Below are positions 19,401 to 29,420 of a stretch of 64,000 nucleotides of DNA, piece after piece. Location of the stretch: IMG/VR virus record IMGVR_UViG_3300027759_000003, positions 1-64,000 of that record. The stretch is one strand, 5' to 3'. Below the pieces are notes generated by a model, which saw only the letters and a list, made by a program, of their open reading frames with translations, did not search any database and was not told the DNA's origin. The position numbers were made by a program, and so were the translations under genes. Source of the DNA: a virus. Position 1 is the first letter of the stretch. Every line of letters begins with the position of its first letter.

Positions 19401-22400
19401 AATATTTAAACCGTGCTGGTAAAAAATCTGTTGGAAAACTTATTAATGATCCTAGAATATTAAAAGAACTAGGATATACAGATAGAGATATTTCAAAATT
19501 AAAACAAAGTTATGCTTTTGCACAACAAGAAAGACAACCAACAAATGCAAAACAATTAGGACATCTTGCAAGAATAGCAGATCTTGAGGTTAGAGCCCAC
19601 AATTCAGGTAAGGTAAATATTCCAAATATTTATCAGGCAAAAGGTATTCTTGGTGTATCAGCAGTAAGAACTCCACAAATTTGGAAAGAACTTTCACAAT
19701 CAATTATTAGACTTGGAAACAATCCAAATTTTGTAAATAAAAAAGCATATGCCGTTATGCAAAACAAAGAAGGAATTCTTAATAATAAAGGCTTTACTCA
19801 ATTTAGTTCTCAAAACACAGAACCAAGAAGTAGCAAAACGCCAACTAAAAATCCATCTCTTGACAACAGAGTTACAAATCTTAATCCAGCACAAGTAGCA
19901 AGTGTTCGTAAATTTGGAAAATTTGGACCAACACCAAAGGTTGCAGGGCTATCAGATGCTCCAAAAATTGATGCTAGAACATCACCAGGAATGGCTATTT
20001 CAGCAATAGAGAAACAATTCCGTTCTGAACAAAAATCATTAAGACGTCAAATTGAAAAGGTAGAGCAAAGAAGACTTGTTGCATTAAAACAAGAATTAAA
20101 AATAGTTGAAGACAAAAACAAACTTGCTACACAGGCAGCCCCATTAACAAAAGAAGACCTAAAAAATCAAAAACGTGAAGCAAGAGCACAAAGAGCACAA
20201 AGAGTTGGATCGGTTGCAGGTCCTGTTGCTGGAATTGCGGGTATTGGAGCAATGGCAGGATTTATGACTGGCAATACTGGAGTTGGCACTGCAATGATGG
20301 GTGTTTCTGCTCTTGCAACAATTGCCCCTATGCTTACTAATCCACTTGGAATAGCAGTTGCAGCAGCAGCCACACTTGCTGGAGGATTTTTCTTATTAAA
20401 TAAACGAATGGCTGATGCAAGGAAAAAACAAATAGAGTATATTGACTCTGTAACATCAGGAACTAAACAAATGCAAAAGGTTGGTGAATTAACTGGCAAG
20501 GTTGGAGCATCACAAATTGCACAAAAACAAAGAGAAACTGGTGCAAGAGTAAATGAATTTAGAACTGGATATGATCGGGGTGGAAATCAATTTGGCACTA
20601 ACTTCTTGGCATCTGATATTGGCAAACAAATATTTAAAGGATTTAATGATACTGTAGCAAAAGATGGACCAAAGGCTGCTAAATTATTAGCAACACAACT
20701 TTCAACTTATATTTCTGATGGAGTCATGTCGGCAGAACAAGCAAACAGTGTAGCAAGAGTAATTGGTATTAATCTTGGAGATATGTCTATAACTTCACAA
20801 ATAAATGGTACATTAAGAGAACTTGTTGGTCCAGACGGGCAAGACTTATTAAAAGATCCACTTAAGGTAAGAGTAAATATTATTACTCAACAAAATGAAA
20901 ATACTCAAGATATAGTAAATGCAGCAAAGATAGATGGCGGGGATAATCGAGACAATTTAATTGCTGCTGCTGCAGTCTCGGCAACAAGAAATTTACAAAT
21001 AACCCAGGCACAAAGAGATGCCCAATATCAAACCAACCAAGCGATTATTGATGGTTTAGAAAAACAAAAAGCAGCAACCACAGACAAAACAAAACAATTA
21101 CAATTAGAGAATCAAATTGTTGCTGCAAAAACAAAACAAAAATCAGAAGATGCACTTCTTGCAGAAAAAAATAAACAAAACCTTAAAAATGCAGGAACCG
21201 ATGCTAAATCAATTGGACCTGAAACTTATATAAAAACTTTACGTGATAGTATTAAAATAAGTCAAAAGGATAATCCATTTAAACAAACATTCCTTGACGC
21301 AATGTCAGATCTGAAAGATGAATCACTAGAACTTAAAATAACAACAGCAGTAGAGGGTGGACTATTAGGTCCAAAAACAGCAATAGACTTGGTAAAAATA
21401 TTTGCGGGGGAAAAAGATTCCGAAGCAAAAATTAATAAAATTATAGATACAACATTAACATCACAAGATCCAGGAGTTTTTGCTACGTTTGTGAGTATTA
21501 TAACTGGCAAAGATATAACACCTAAAATAAAATTAGATATTTTAACAGATCAAGAAAATTTTGAAGACATTACTAATGTATTAAATAAATTAAAAGATTT
21601 TGATGGAGATGCCTTAAACCTTGAAGTTTTAGTAAACAAAGAGGGAGCAAATGGATTAGCGACACTTGCAAAACAATTTAAGACAATAGAAAAAATTAAA
21701 AGTCCAATAACCTTAAAGACTGTAAATGAAATAGCAACAATTACCAGCGACCCTAATTTAGATATGTCTGGCTTAGTTTCTATTTGGGAGAAATATGCAA
21801 ATTCAACTAATGAAATAAAGAAAACCGTAATACAAGAATATATTGCTGTTTATAAAAGTATTGGTGATAAAGAAGCAAAAGATTTAATAAATAGTCAACT
21901 TTCAGCAAGTGGATCACCAGACAATATGGATCGAAAAAGAGCAGCACTAGAGGCAAAATATTTTAATAAAGATGGCACAGTAAATGCTCCAGCGGTAGCA
22001 GCCGCATTAGTTTCACAACGTGCTGCTGTAGGACCAAATACAATTCCAGAAGGTGGGCTTGGCGGTAAGGGCGGTAGTGGATCAAGAGACACCACACTTG
22101 ATGATCTTTTAAGACAACTAAAATTAACAAGAGATGCAAGCATTGATGCACAAGGTGGATTAAAAGAACTTAAAAGAGTGTTTAATGATGCAGGTGGGGA
22201 TGTGGTAAAATTTTCGGGAGTTATAGAACAACTCAACGCTATGGGTGCTGACACAGGGTTTATTGACTTTGTTTCTGGCTTAGATAATAAAACTCAGGCA
22301 ACATACCTTAATGTTGACCTTCTTAAAAAAGGAATTGTAGAACTTACCGATGAAGGTAAAAAAGCAATGGCCTTATATAAAGAAGCAGCGCTAGGTGCTT

Positions 22401-23950
22401 TTTATGCTAGTTCAGATTCAGAAATTGCAGATTTAAATGCACAAATTGATGGTTTTAAGAGATTGACTAAGGCTGGAGTTGGTGTTGCAGATAGTTTAAA
22501 GTTAATTGCAAATGCAGAACAAATGAGAGCGCTTGCTCAAGCAAAAACTCCTACTGAACTTAATAATTTAATTAAAAAATATAAAGATTTAACAACAGCA
22601 CAACTTGCTTATTTAATTCAAACTGATCCAGCACAAGCGTTTAAAAATAGAATGGAAGAAACCTTAAAGTATTATGATTTTCTTGAAAGAGAAGCAAGGG
22701 CTTCTGTTAAATTAGAAATTGATAGAATCAATGATCTTATTGATGCAAATGATAGATTAATTGAAACACAAGAAAGGGCTATTGAAGAAAGTATTAATAG
22801 ACCAATTGATAAATTTAATCAAGACTTGGCTGTAATTGACAGGTCTATTGCAAAAATTAATGACAAATATGATGCACAGGAAAAGGCTCTTCAAACAATA
22901 TCAGATATTAATGATGATATTGCTAATAGAGAATCATCAAGAATTACAATTGCCGATGCCTTAACTAGGGGAGATATCTCTGCTGCAGCAAAAGCAATAC
23001 AAGAGCGAAGAGCAGAAGAAGCAAGAAAGGCAAAAGAAAAAAGTTCAAACTTATTACAAATTGCAAAAGAAAAAGAAATTGCTAAACTAACAAATTCCAA
23101 CGGTTTAACAAAAGTACAGATTGAAGAAAAAATATATTCTCTTGAACAACAAAGAATACCTCTTGTTGCCGCAATTGTAGCACTACAAGATAAAAATTAC
23201 ACACTTCAAAATGTTACATTACGTGCACAGGAAGACTCTTTAAAGGCAACACTTAAAGGTATTGATGCTGCAAGGTTTGCATATGAGCAACAGTCAATTG
23301 CTATAGAGGGGGCAAACTGGAAAGCAAAAGGCTTTAATGATATTTTATTAGTTGCTGAAGCCACTCTTTTAAGAATGAAAGCCATTTGGGATTCAATGAA
23401 CCAAGCAAATGCAAAACAAATTGAAAAAAGTACATTTGACAATATTGGTACTACGGTTAAAGCCCCAAACTCTGTTAGCGGAGTAAGCAATATAGCAACT
23501 GAAATTTCTAAGTATGTTAGTGAACTGTCTGCAGAAACTATTAGTAAAAAATATATTAACGCAGCACAAGCCGAACAATATATTATTGATCAAAAGATAA
23601 ACTCTTTGGGTCTTGGTCCAAAATATGCAGGAATGCTAAAAGGATCTTTTGGTATGTCTGTAGGAGGAATGGTTCCAAAATATTTTGCTTCAGGTGGTTA
23701 TTCTAAAGGTACCGACACAATTCCAACAATGCTTACTCCTGGAGAATTTATTGTTCGTAAAAATGCTGTTGATTCTTTTGGGGTAAATAATCTCAATAAA
23801 ATAAATGACGGCTCTTACGGTGGATCTTCAGTGTATAATTATAGTCTAAACGTTAATGTTAAGTCTGACTCAAGTCCCGACGATATTGCAAGGACCGTTA
23901 TGACACAAATTAGACGAATAGACAATCAAAGAATTAAGGGGCAAAAATAA
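16475..23950 (+). CDS. Tape measure protein (TP901-type core), 2491 aa
   Basis: Longest ORF; Ala-rich helical; core motifs AFGIAAEDL..NFLNAVEN, GINASEGANALKSGL; hydrophobic segments; C-terminal GTDTIPTMLTPGEFIV. Confidence 0.95.
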   Translation: MADVNANIGVHIDTSAALAELKNLQRQLATFHSSVAKSSAAAAAAQKGLQTNLLNSINATGKFRAQMGLVRTSTESFTHALETNKLSMREYFRYAGGSTKTFGRLFKQEFNTIGKVAEERVKKMQTQYIKMGRDASGAMKAISITPNTVNMKDYSTKLAVAAQKQALLNQLLKQGSTNLLNFGKNTQWAGRQLMVGFTIPLAYFGTAAAKTFMDLEKQAIRFKRVYGDMFTTSDQTNKALAEVQLLAEEFTKYGVAVAKTMEMAASAAAMGKTGADLTAQVAQATRLAVLGGVEQEQALETTISVTNAFGIAAEDLASKINFLNAVENQTVVSIEDLTEAIPKAGPVVKQLGGTVEDLAFFLTAMKEGGINASEGANALKSGLASLINPSEKASKMLASMGINIKAIVEGNAGNIKETVIDFAQALDTLDPLNRARAIEQLFGKFQFSRLSTLFQNVTKDGTQAARVLELAGASIEELAILSERELGVLEDAIGTDFKESIEKLKLAIAPIGKEFLKAVTPIAKALGGFLEKFNNLGDGTKKFIVVATTLVGVIGPVLLMTFGLLANGVANIIKLFITMRSGFLRAGTNSNLLAQQTQYLNSEQLEAATVAASLNQAHTRLTQSFAVETTAVRLLRQAYIDATVAATRFAMANPGMMMPGGKFTPKKFASGVAEVPGTGNKDTVPALLMPGEAVIPKKIAQDNKYAPIINAMVNGTIQAFGDGTTGAERFRSLPAGTNLDEAINRIREKTAGTGGGANMVAGVRAGQQAQYNREDSSVLQALSGKTSGTPNQTLQKEIELKYGRNLGVDTEAQQAYKKNRKGFQEILSRITYDEKSGKYIYSDKKGIIQSTFTKEQLDRQIKYAFKEAPSQNGTMSKRKTIPETLNRYIGRLGKAGSGAPREVRELRQKYNQKTAGLGLDRENLALTKELRKQGLTTNEINKFMGKKSESHIFKPLDPKTKWQSGLTISDHEGIGQYLNRAGKKSVGKLINDPRILKELGYTDRDISKLKQSYAFAQQERQPTNAKQLGHLARIADLEVRAHNSGKVNIPNIYQAKGILGVSAVRTPQIWKELSQSIIRLGNNPNFVNKKAYAVMQNKEGILNNKGFTQFSSQNTEPRSSKTPTKNPSLDNRVTNLNPAQVASVRKFGKFGPTPKVAGLSDAPKIDARTSPGMAISAIEKQFRSEQKSLRRQIEKVEQRRLVALKQELKIVEDKNKLATQAAPLTKEDLKNQKREARAQRAQRVGSVAGPVAGIAGIGAMAGFMTGNTGVGTAMMGVSALATIAPMLTNPLGIAVAAAATLAGGFFLLNKRMADARKKQIEYIDSVTSGTKQMQKVGELTGKVGASQIAQKQRETGARVNEFRTGYDRGGNQFGTNFLASDIGKQIFKGFNDTVAKDGPKAAKLLATQLSTYISDGVMSAEQANSVARVIGINLGDMSITSQINGTLRELVGPDGQDLLKDPLKVRVNIITQQNENTQDIVNAAKIDGGDNRDNLIAAAAVSATRNLQITQAQRDAQYQTNQAIIDGLEKQKAATTDKTKQLQLENQIVAAKTKQKSEDALLAEKNKQNLKNAGTDAKSIGPETYIKTLRDSIKISQKDNPFKQTFLDAMSDLKDESLELKITTAVEGGLLGPKTAIDLVKIFAGEKDSEAKINKIIDTTLTSQDPGVFATFVSIITGKDITPKIKLDILTDQENFEDITNVLNKLKDFDGDALNLEVLVNKEGANGLATLAKQFKTIEKIKSPITLKTVNEIATITSDPNLDMSGLVSIWEKYANSTNEIKKTVIQEYIAVYKSIGDKEAKDLINSQLSASGSPDNMDRKRAALEAKYFNKDGTVNAPAVAAALVSQRAAVGPNTIPEGGLGGKGGSGSRDTTLDDLLRQLKLTRDASIDAQGGLKELKRVFNDAGGDVVKFSGVIEQLNAMGADTGFIDFVSGLDNKTQATYLNVDLLKKGIVELTDEGKKAMALYKEAALGAFYASSDSEIADLNAQIDGFKRLTKAGVGVADSLKLIANAEQMRALAQAKTPTELNNLIKKYKDLTTAQLAYLIQTDPAQAFKNRMEETLKYYDFLEREARASVKLEIDRINDLIDANDRLIETQERAIEESINRPIDKFNQDLAVIDRSIAKINDKYDAQEKALQTISDINDDIANRESSRITIADALTRGDISAAAKAIQERRAEEARKAKEKSSNLLQIAKEKEIAKLTNSNGLTKVQIEEKIYSLEQQRIPLVAAIVALQDKNYTLQNVTLRAQEDSLKATLKGIDAARFAYEQQSIAIEGANWKAKGFNDILLVAEATLLRMKAIWDSMNQANAKQIEKSTFDNIGTTVKAPNSVSGVSNIATEISKYVSELSAETISKKYINAAQAEQYIIDQKINSLGLGPKYAGMLKGSFGMSVGGMVPKYFASGGYSKGTDTIPTMLTPGEFIVRKNAVDSFGVNNLNKINDGSYGGSSVYNYSLNVNVKSDSSPDDIARTVMTQIRRIDNQRIKGQK

Positions 23951-24591
23951 TGGCAACCTCAGCGTATATTTCGGGTAGAAAGAGGTATCAAAGACCACAA
24001 TCAATTCTATGGTCAGAGAATGCGGGAACCCTGAGTAATGGCCTTTACGTGCCAACTGGACAAGAAATAGGGGCTAATTCAAGCCTTACCACAGGCGGTA
24101 TTAATCAATTTTTAATATTATCAGATCACAACAGAGAAGACATGTCCTTTAACTCAGAAAGAATTGAAAAACGAGAAAGAACTATCAATGGTAGGATGAG
24201 GTCTTATCATATTGCAGATAAACTTACCATGAATGTATCTTGGAATAATTTGCCATCCCGTGCATATTCTGACAAAGCAGATTTTGCTTCAACTGGATTA
24301 TCTCCTAATAAAGGAACAAGTTCGGAGTTTACTGCAGATGGTGGAGCAGGAGGAGTTGAGGTTTTAGATTGGTATGAGAATCATCAAGGTCCTTTTTGGA
24401 TGTATTTAGCATATGATAAATATACTAATTTTCCAGTTAATGGAGAAACCACAGATGCATCTTTTGGACACCTAGGTAAATACAATCAAATTGTAGAAGT
24501 TTATTTTTCTGATTTTAACTACAGCGTTGTCAAACGTGGCGGAACAAATCACGACCTTTGGAATATTTCGGTATCTCTGGAAGAGGTTTAA
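23950..24591 (+). CDS. Distal tail (Dit-like) protein
   Basis: First gene after TMP; RERTINGRMRSY and WNISVSLEEV tube-like strands. Confidence 0.6.
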   Translation: MATSAYISGRKRYQRPQSILWSENAGTLSNGLYVPTGQEIGANSSLTTGGINQFLILSDHNREDMSFNSERIEKRERTINGRMRSYHIADKLTMNVSWNNLPSRAYSDKADFASTGLSPNKGTSSEFTADGGAGGVEVLDWYENHQGPFWMYLAYDKYTNFPVNGETTDASFGHLGKYNQIVEVYFSDFNYSVVKRGGTNHDLWNISVSLEEV

Positions 24592-24592
24592 A

Positions 24593-27500
24593 TTGTTTGT
24601 AAGTCAAGAATTAAAAACTCATTTTGAAACATCTCCAACAATTCAAACAAGATCTTTAGTTCTTGCTGAATGGAACATGAACATGCCAGATAATATTTTT
24701 TATGTTGGAAACTATAGATATAGACCTACTGGGGATGAGATTAAATTTCAAACACTACCGTCATCTTTTGACTCACTAGATGCTGGAGATTACTACACAG
24801 ATGCTACAGATTCTGAAATATCTATAAATGGTGGGGTAGATGATCAAGACCTTCCACAACTATTTACATCAATAGAGCAAAAAAGAAAACTATTGTACTC
24901 ATTAGAAGATTGTTTAAAACCATTTAGACCAAGGTCTGGAATTAACAAGCCTTTGTTTTTTGATAGAAGCAATCAATATCTTTCAAACTCTGGAGTGTTT
25001 ATGGCACAAAGACCTAGATACTACATGTCCTCTAGGTATGATGAATTTAAATATTGGAACTCTTACAGAAAAGAAAACAATGTAGAACGTGGTATTGCAA
25101 AAAATATTTTAAATGGTTTTTATTACATTGATGATGCTGTGCCGTTTGTGGTCTATAAAGAGCAAGTACCAACAAATAGAATTGTAATTAAAATGCAAAC
25201 AAACATTGGCAATGTAGACTTACAAGATTTTATTAATTTTTCTTCAGTAAATGCAGATCCTTTTTTTGGAGAATTAAACAAGACTACTCCTAAAAGATGG
25301 AAAGTTCAATATTTAAAAAATAATAATTGGGTAGATGCATATTCATTTAATGAAAACTCTACAAGGTCAGACGGTAGCCCTATAATTGGATCAGACGGAT
25401 ATGTAGAACTAGAGTATGGGTTAATAATTCCAAGTGAGTATGCCGATACTTTTGTTTTTGCAGAGACGTATTCTTCAACTACCCTGCTTCCTGAATCTTC
25501 AATAAACGGCTACGCTTATCTTGTTTTAGAAACAAGCAACGGTATAGGAACATATCATGTCTGGAATAGTACAAGTCAGGCCTATGAAACATTTACTCCT
25601 ACCTACGGATGGACAATTGGATCTGAGTCCATAAATCCAAAAACTAATTTTGTAAAAGATCTTGTATCGCCAGGACTTTTTGTAGATCCAACAAGTGGAG
25701 AGTCTAGATACAGGGAGTTTGCATACATTCGTGGTATTAGAATTGTTGCAGAAATAATGAATAAAAAAGATTCAACCTTTGATTTAATTGAGATGTCTCC
25801 AAGACTAGTTGTTGATGTTTCTGATGAAGTTATAAGTTACAACATAAAAAAATCTCTTTCAGATCTTGGAAACACCGCTTTGCCAGTTGGACAACTTTTA
25901 GCATCTACTGGATCTATTTCTATTTTTGATGCAGAGCAAGCGTTTAATCCAATTAACACAAATAGTATTATTAGCGACTATTTAAGAAAAAATATTAAGT
26001 TTACTTTTTATGAAAAAATTCTTAATGTAGAAAACTATGATTATTGCGTACCCATAAAAACCTTGTACTCAGAAGGCATGCCCCAGTCTGATGTAACTGG
26101 AGGTAGTTTATCTTTAGAGTTAAGAGATTTTTATTTCTTTTTAGAGTCTATGCCAGCACCAAGAATGCTTGTTACAAATGTATCACTTAGTTATGCTATT
26201 TGTTTATTGCTAGATTATATTGGATTTGCTAATTATTCTTTTAAGAGAGTTATCGACGAACAAGACCCCATAATTCCTTATTTATTTATAGCACCAGATC
26301 AAAATGTTGCTGAAGTTTTAAACCAACTTGCAGTAGCAACACAAACATCAATGTTTTTTGATGAATATAATAATTTTATTGTAATGAGCAAAGACTATTT
26401 AATGCCAACAGAATCTCAAAGAAGTACAAATATCCAGTTGCTTGGAAACAATAATCAGTCAGTTTCTGGCATTATTGAAAATCAAACAACATCAAATATA
26501 CCAAACATTATTGCAATAACTGCTGAAGATAAAACAATATTTAATGATGGCAAAATAAATTATACAACAAGATATATTCAAAGATCTTATGGATCTATTA
26601 ATCAAGCAAATGTTCTTGATCAAGACAAAACTTGGGTCTATAAACCGTCTTTGCTTTGGGAAGTTTCTGGAACTAATGAAACAAAAACAATAAATGAATC
26701 AGTATCTAAATCAGATAATTATATTTTAGCAGCAATGCCATTAAATTCAAATTTATCTAGCGCATTGCCAACTGTTTTTGGTAATTCAGTTATTAATAAC
26801 ACAATTGATATTGGAGAAAATGTATACTTTTTAACAAGAAATCAGGGGTATTTTTATTCAAATGGAGAAATTATAAGATATGATGCCGTGCAATACAGCA
26901 TTACTGGAGTTGGAAACGTATACATTTCTAATAACCAAGAGTATCAAAAATATTTTGCAACCCTTCCTTTTAACGGTAAAATATATCCAACTGGCCTTAT
27001 TCGTATTTTTTCAACACCATATTACGAGTCAATTGGTTCTTTAACAAGGTTGCAAGCAGGAGAAGTTTATGAACACGGTCGTGGTCAATTTGGAACTCAA
27101 ATAACTTCTCATTTTGCAGGAATAAATCCTTATTGGTCTGATAAAGACAACGTTCGTGGAATAGAGATGCAGTCTCAATATTTATTTACAACAGAACTTA
27201 ATCCTACAATACCCGCAACATCTGTAGGTGCTGCAGGAATTAGTAATGACTTAGCAAAACAAGCATCTAGAAATGGAATTATTAAAAATTCAAATGCTAC
27301 AAATTTTTTAACAGAAACAGAAGTAAATCAATTATCATCAACTAAGGCTGGAGTTGTTCAGGCTTCTGCTTTAATTATTAATGGCCCATCATTTAAAACC
27401 ACAGAAACCCCTATTAATTTTGTTTCTTATGTTTATAAGAACTTAAATAGTGCTTTTAAAGCATTTGGAACTAGGGTTAGAATTGTTGGTAAAATAGAAA

Positions 27501-28909
27501 ACAATGAAGTAAGAGGGCAAACCCCAATTGGAAGCATGCCCTACTATCAACTTGGTGCAATACAGCCAAATCAAAACATCAGCATTGGTGGAGGTTCTGG
27601 AGGTCTAGGTGTGCTAGTTAATCCTGAAACAAACAATGGCTATTATTTTGAAATTATTGCATTAACAGAAAACAATGTTGAATCATATTTAAATTTAAAT
27701 GAACGAGGTCAATCAAACATTTCTATTAACAATGTTGTATTTTACAAAATTAAAAAAGAAACCGCATCAGATAAAGCAATTCCAATTAAGTTATACGGTG
27801 GACTCACTCAAATAAATATTGATAGCGGAACTTTTGCGGGGTATCAAAGAGCATCAGCAGAAGAAGACACAACGGTATATGATCTAACGGTAGAATATCA
27901 AGACATTGGTAATACTAGAAGGTTTTTCCTATATATTAATAATCAGTTAATTCAAGTTGTTGACGATACCGACCCACTTCCAATATACAACAACATGGCA
28001 TTATTTTCTCGTGGTTCTTCAAGATGCATGTTTGAACACGTCTACGCTTTATCTGGAAATTATTCTGAAAGTTTTGACTCTTCCGCAACAGAAACATTAT
28101 CTTCTGCATTTAAAAATAAAGAGGTTGGTACTAATGAATCATTTAGAAAATACGCAATGAGTGGGGTTGTTCAATCAACTTACCTCTCTGGAATAAGTGC
28201 ACAACAGCCACCAAAATATAACATATACTTTGAAGAGTTTGGATCTATAATGCGTGAGTGCGCCTATTTTAATATTAGATATGATCGTGCATATCCAGCC
28301 TTGTATTCTAAACTAGCCCCTCCAATTAACAAAAACCTTGCATATACAGTTTCTGGGTTTTACTCAGACTCGTATGGTGCTGAGTTTTTAATATTTAATT
28401 CAACGGATAATTTTTTAGTATTAGATGAAACAAGTGGAAACTATTTAAGAATTCAAGGTATTGCTTTTACACAAAACACAACTCACGAACTAACAGTAGA
28501 CGAATATTTCAAGAAAAAAGGAAATCTTTCAGACCCACCATTTAAAGGAAATACCTTAACTTATTCTCCATTAGTTCAAAAAAACAAATATGATGAAATT
28601 AAATTAAGCAGGTTAATTTATGGCAAAAATGAATTTTCCATAAGCACTGATTATATTCAAACACAAGATGATGCAGAAGCCCTAATGGGATGGATTATTA
28701 GTAAAATTATGACTCCTAAAAAATCAGTAGGCGTAAAGATATTTGCTACACCAACAATACAACTAGGAGATATTGTAACAATTGATTATAAAAATCCTAA
28801 TGATTTAGATTTAGTTGCTACAGAAAATGATAGGTTTGTAGTATACAATATAGAGTATTCAAGAAATGTAGATGGTCCAGATATGACTATCTATTTAAGT
28901 GAGGTATAA
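24593..28909 (+). CDS. Tail tip / baseplate hub (Tal-like) protein
   Basis: About 1440 aa after Dit; VAEVLNQLAVATQTSMFFDEYNNF and PTIQLGDIVTI hub motifs; TTG start after GAGG. Confidence 0.7.
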   Translation: MFVSQELKTHFETSPTIQTRSLVLAEWNMNMPDNIFYVGNYRYRPTGDEIKFQTLPSSFDSLDAGDYYTDATDSEISINGGVDDQDLPQLFTSIEQKRKLLYSLEDCLKPFRPRSGINKPLFFDRSNQYLSNSGVFMAQRPRYYMSSRYDEFKYWNSYRKENNVERGIAKNILNGFYYIDDAVPFVVYKEQVPTNRIVIKMQTNIGNVDLQDFINFSSVNADPFFGELNKTTPKRWKVQYLKNNNWVDAYSFNENSTRSDGSPIIGSDGYVELEYGLIIPSEYADTFVFAETYSSTTLLPESSINGYAYLVLETSNGIGTYHVWNSTSQAYETFTPTYGWTIGSESINPKTNFVKDLVSPGLFVDPTSGESRYREFAYIRGIRIVAEIMNKKDSTFDLIEMSPRLVVDVSDEVISYNIKKSLSDLGNTALPVGQLLASTGSISIFDAEQAFNPINTNSIISDYLRKNIKFTFYEKILNVENYDYCVPIKTLYSEGMPQSDVTGGSLSLELRDFYFFLESMPAPRMLVTNVSLSYAICLLLDYIGFANYSFKRVIDEQDPIIPYLFIAPDQNVAEVLNQLAVATQTSMFFDEYNNFIVMSKDYLMPTESQRSTNIQLLGNNNQSVSGIIENQTTSNIPNIIAITAEDKTIFNDGKINYTTRYIQRSYGSINQANVLDQDKTWVYKPSLLWEVSGTNETKTINESVSKSDNYILAAMPLNSNLSSALPTVFGNSVINNTIDIGENVYFLTRNQGYFYSNGEIIRYDAVQYSITGVGNVYISNNQEYQKYFATLPFNGKIYPTGLIRIFSTPYYESIGSLTRLQAGEVYEHGRGQFGTQITSHFAGINPYWSDKDNVRGIEMQSQYLFTTELNPTIPATSVGAAGISNDLAKQASRNGIIKNSNATNFLTETEVNQLSSTKAGVVQASALIINGPSFKTTETPINFVSYVYKNLNSAFKAFGTRVRIVGKIENNEVRGQTPIGSMPYYQLGAIQPNQNISIGGGSGGLGVLVNPETNNGYYFEIIALTENNVESYLNLNERGQSNISINNVVFYKIKKETASDKAIPIKLYGGLTQINIDSGTFAGYQRASAEEDTTVYDLTVEYQDIGNTRRFFLYINNQLIQVVDDTDPLPIYNNMALFSRGSSRCMFEHVYALSGNYSESFDSSATETLSSAFKNKEVGTNESFRKYAMSGVVQSTYLSGISAQQPPKYNIYFEEFGSIMRECAYFNIRYDRAYPALYSKLAPPINKNLAYTVSGFYSDSYGAEFLIFNSTDNFLVLDETSGNYLRIQGIAFTQNTTHELTVDEYFKKKGNLSDPPFKGNTLTYSPLVQKNKYDEIKLSRLIYGKNEFSISTDYIQTQDDAEALMGWIISKIMTPKKSVGVKIFATPTIQLGDIVTIDYKNPNDLDLVATENDRFVVYNIEYSRNVDGPDMTIYLSEV

Positions 28910-28910
28910 A

Positions 28911-29420
28911 ATGTCAATTAGTTTATCTGCAACACCGCAAACCCCTACAACTTTAAATCAAATACTATCAGCCTCAAATGTTAATCAAATAAAGGCAGCC
29001 ACACCAGATATTATTTTGTTTGAAGATGATTATGTTTCAATAAGTGAAATGTCAACTTTATATTTTGAAGACATTGGCGCTCAAGAATTAATAAGCATAT
29101 CAAGAAATGACACAATTAATGGACAAAACATATCTTATCAACCAATAAAAAATATTAAATCTTTACAACAATCATATAATCCAAACAATATTCTTGGTTT
29201 GCAAAAAACATCAGATAAATATTTTGCTGGATTTTCTATTAGATTTGATCAAAAATTTCCAAACGTTGGTAACGGGTTAGATGGAGAGAATATTTATGTT
29301 GATGAAGAGGGCAATCTAGTTATAGAAGCAATAGGCTTAAACAATGATGAGCAAATTGAGGTTGAACTAAGCACTAGTGGTACAATATATAATATACAAT
29401 TTGACGGGAACGAATCGTGA
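28911..29420 (+). CDS. Minor tail protein
   Basis: SD GAGG then ATG 28911; in the tail-tip module. Confidence 0.55.
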   Translation: MSISLSATPQTPTTLNQILSASNVNQIKAATPDIILFEDDYVSISEMSTLYFEDIGAQELISISRNDTINGQNISYQPIKNIKSLQQSYNPNNILGLQKTSDKYFAGFSIRFDQKFPNVGNGLDGENIYVDEEGNLVIEAIGLNNDEQIEVELSTSGTIYNIQFDGNES

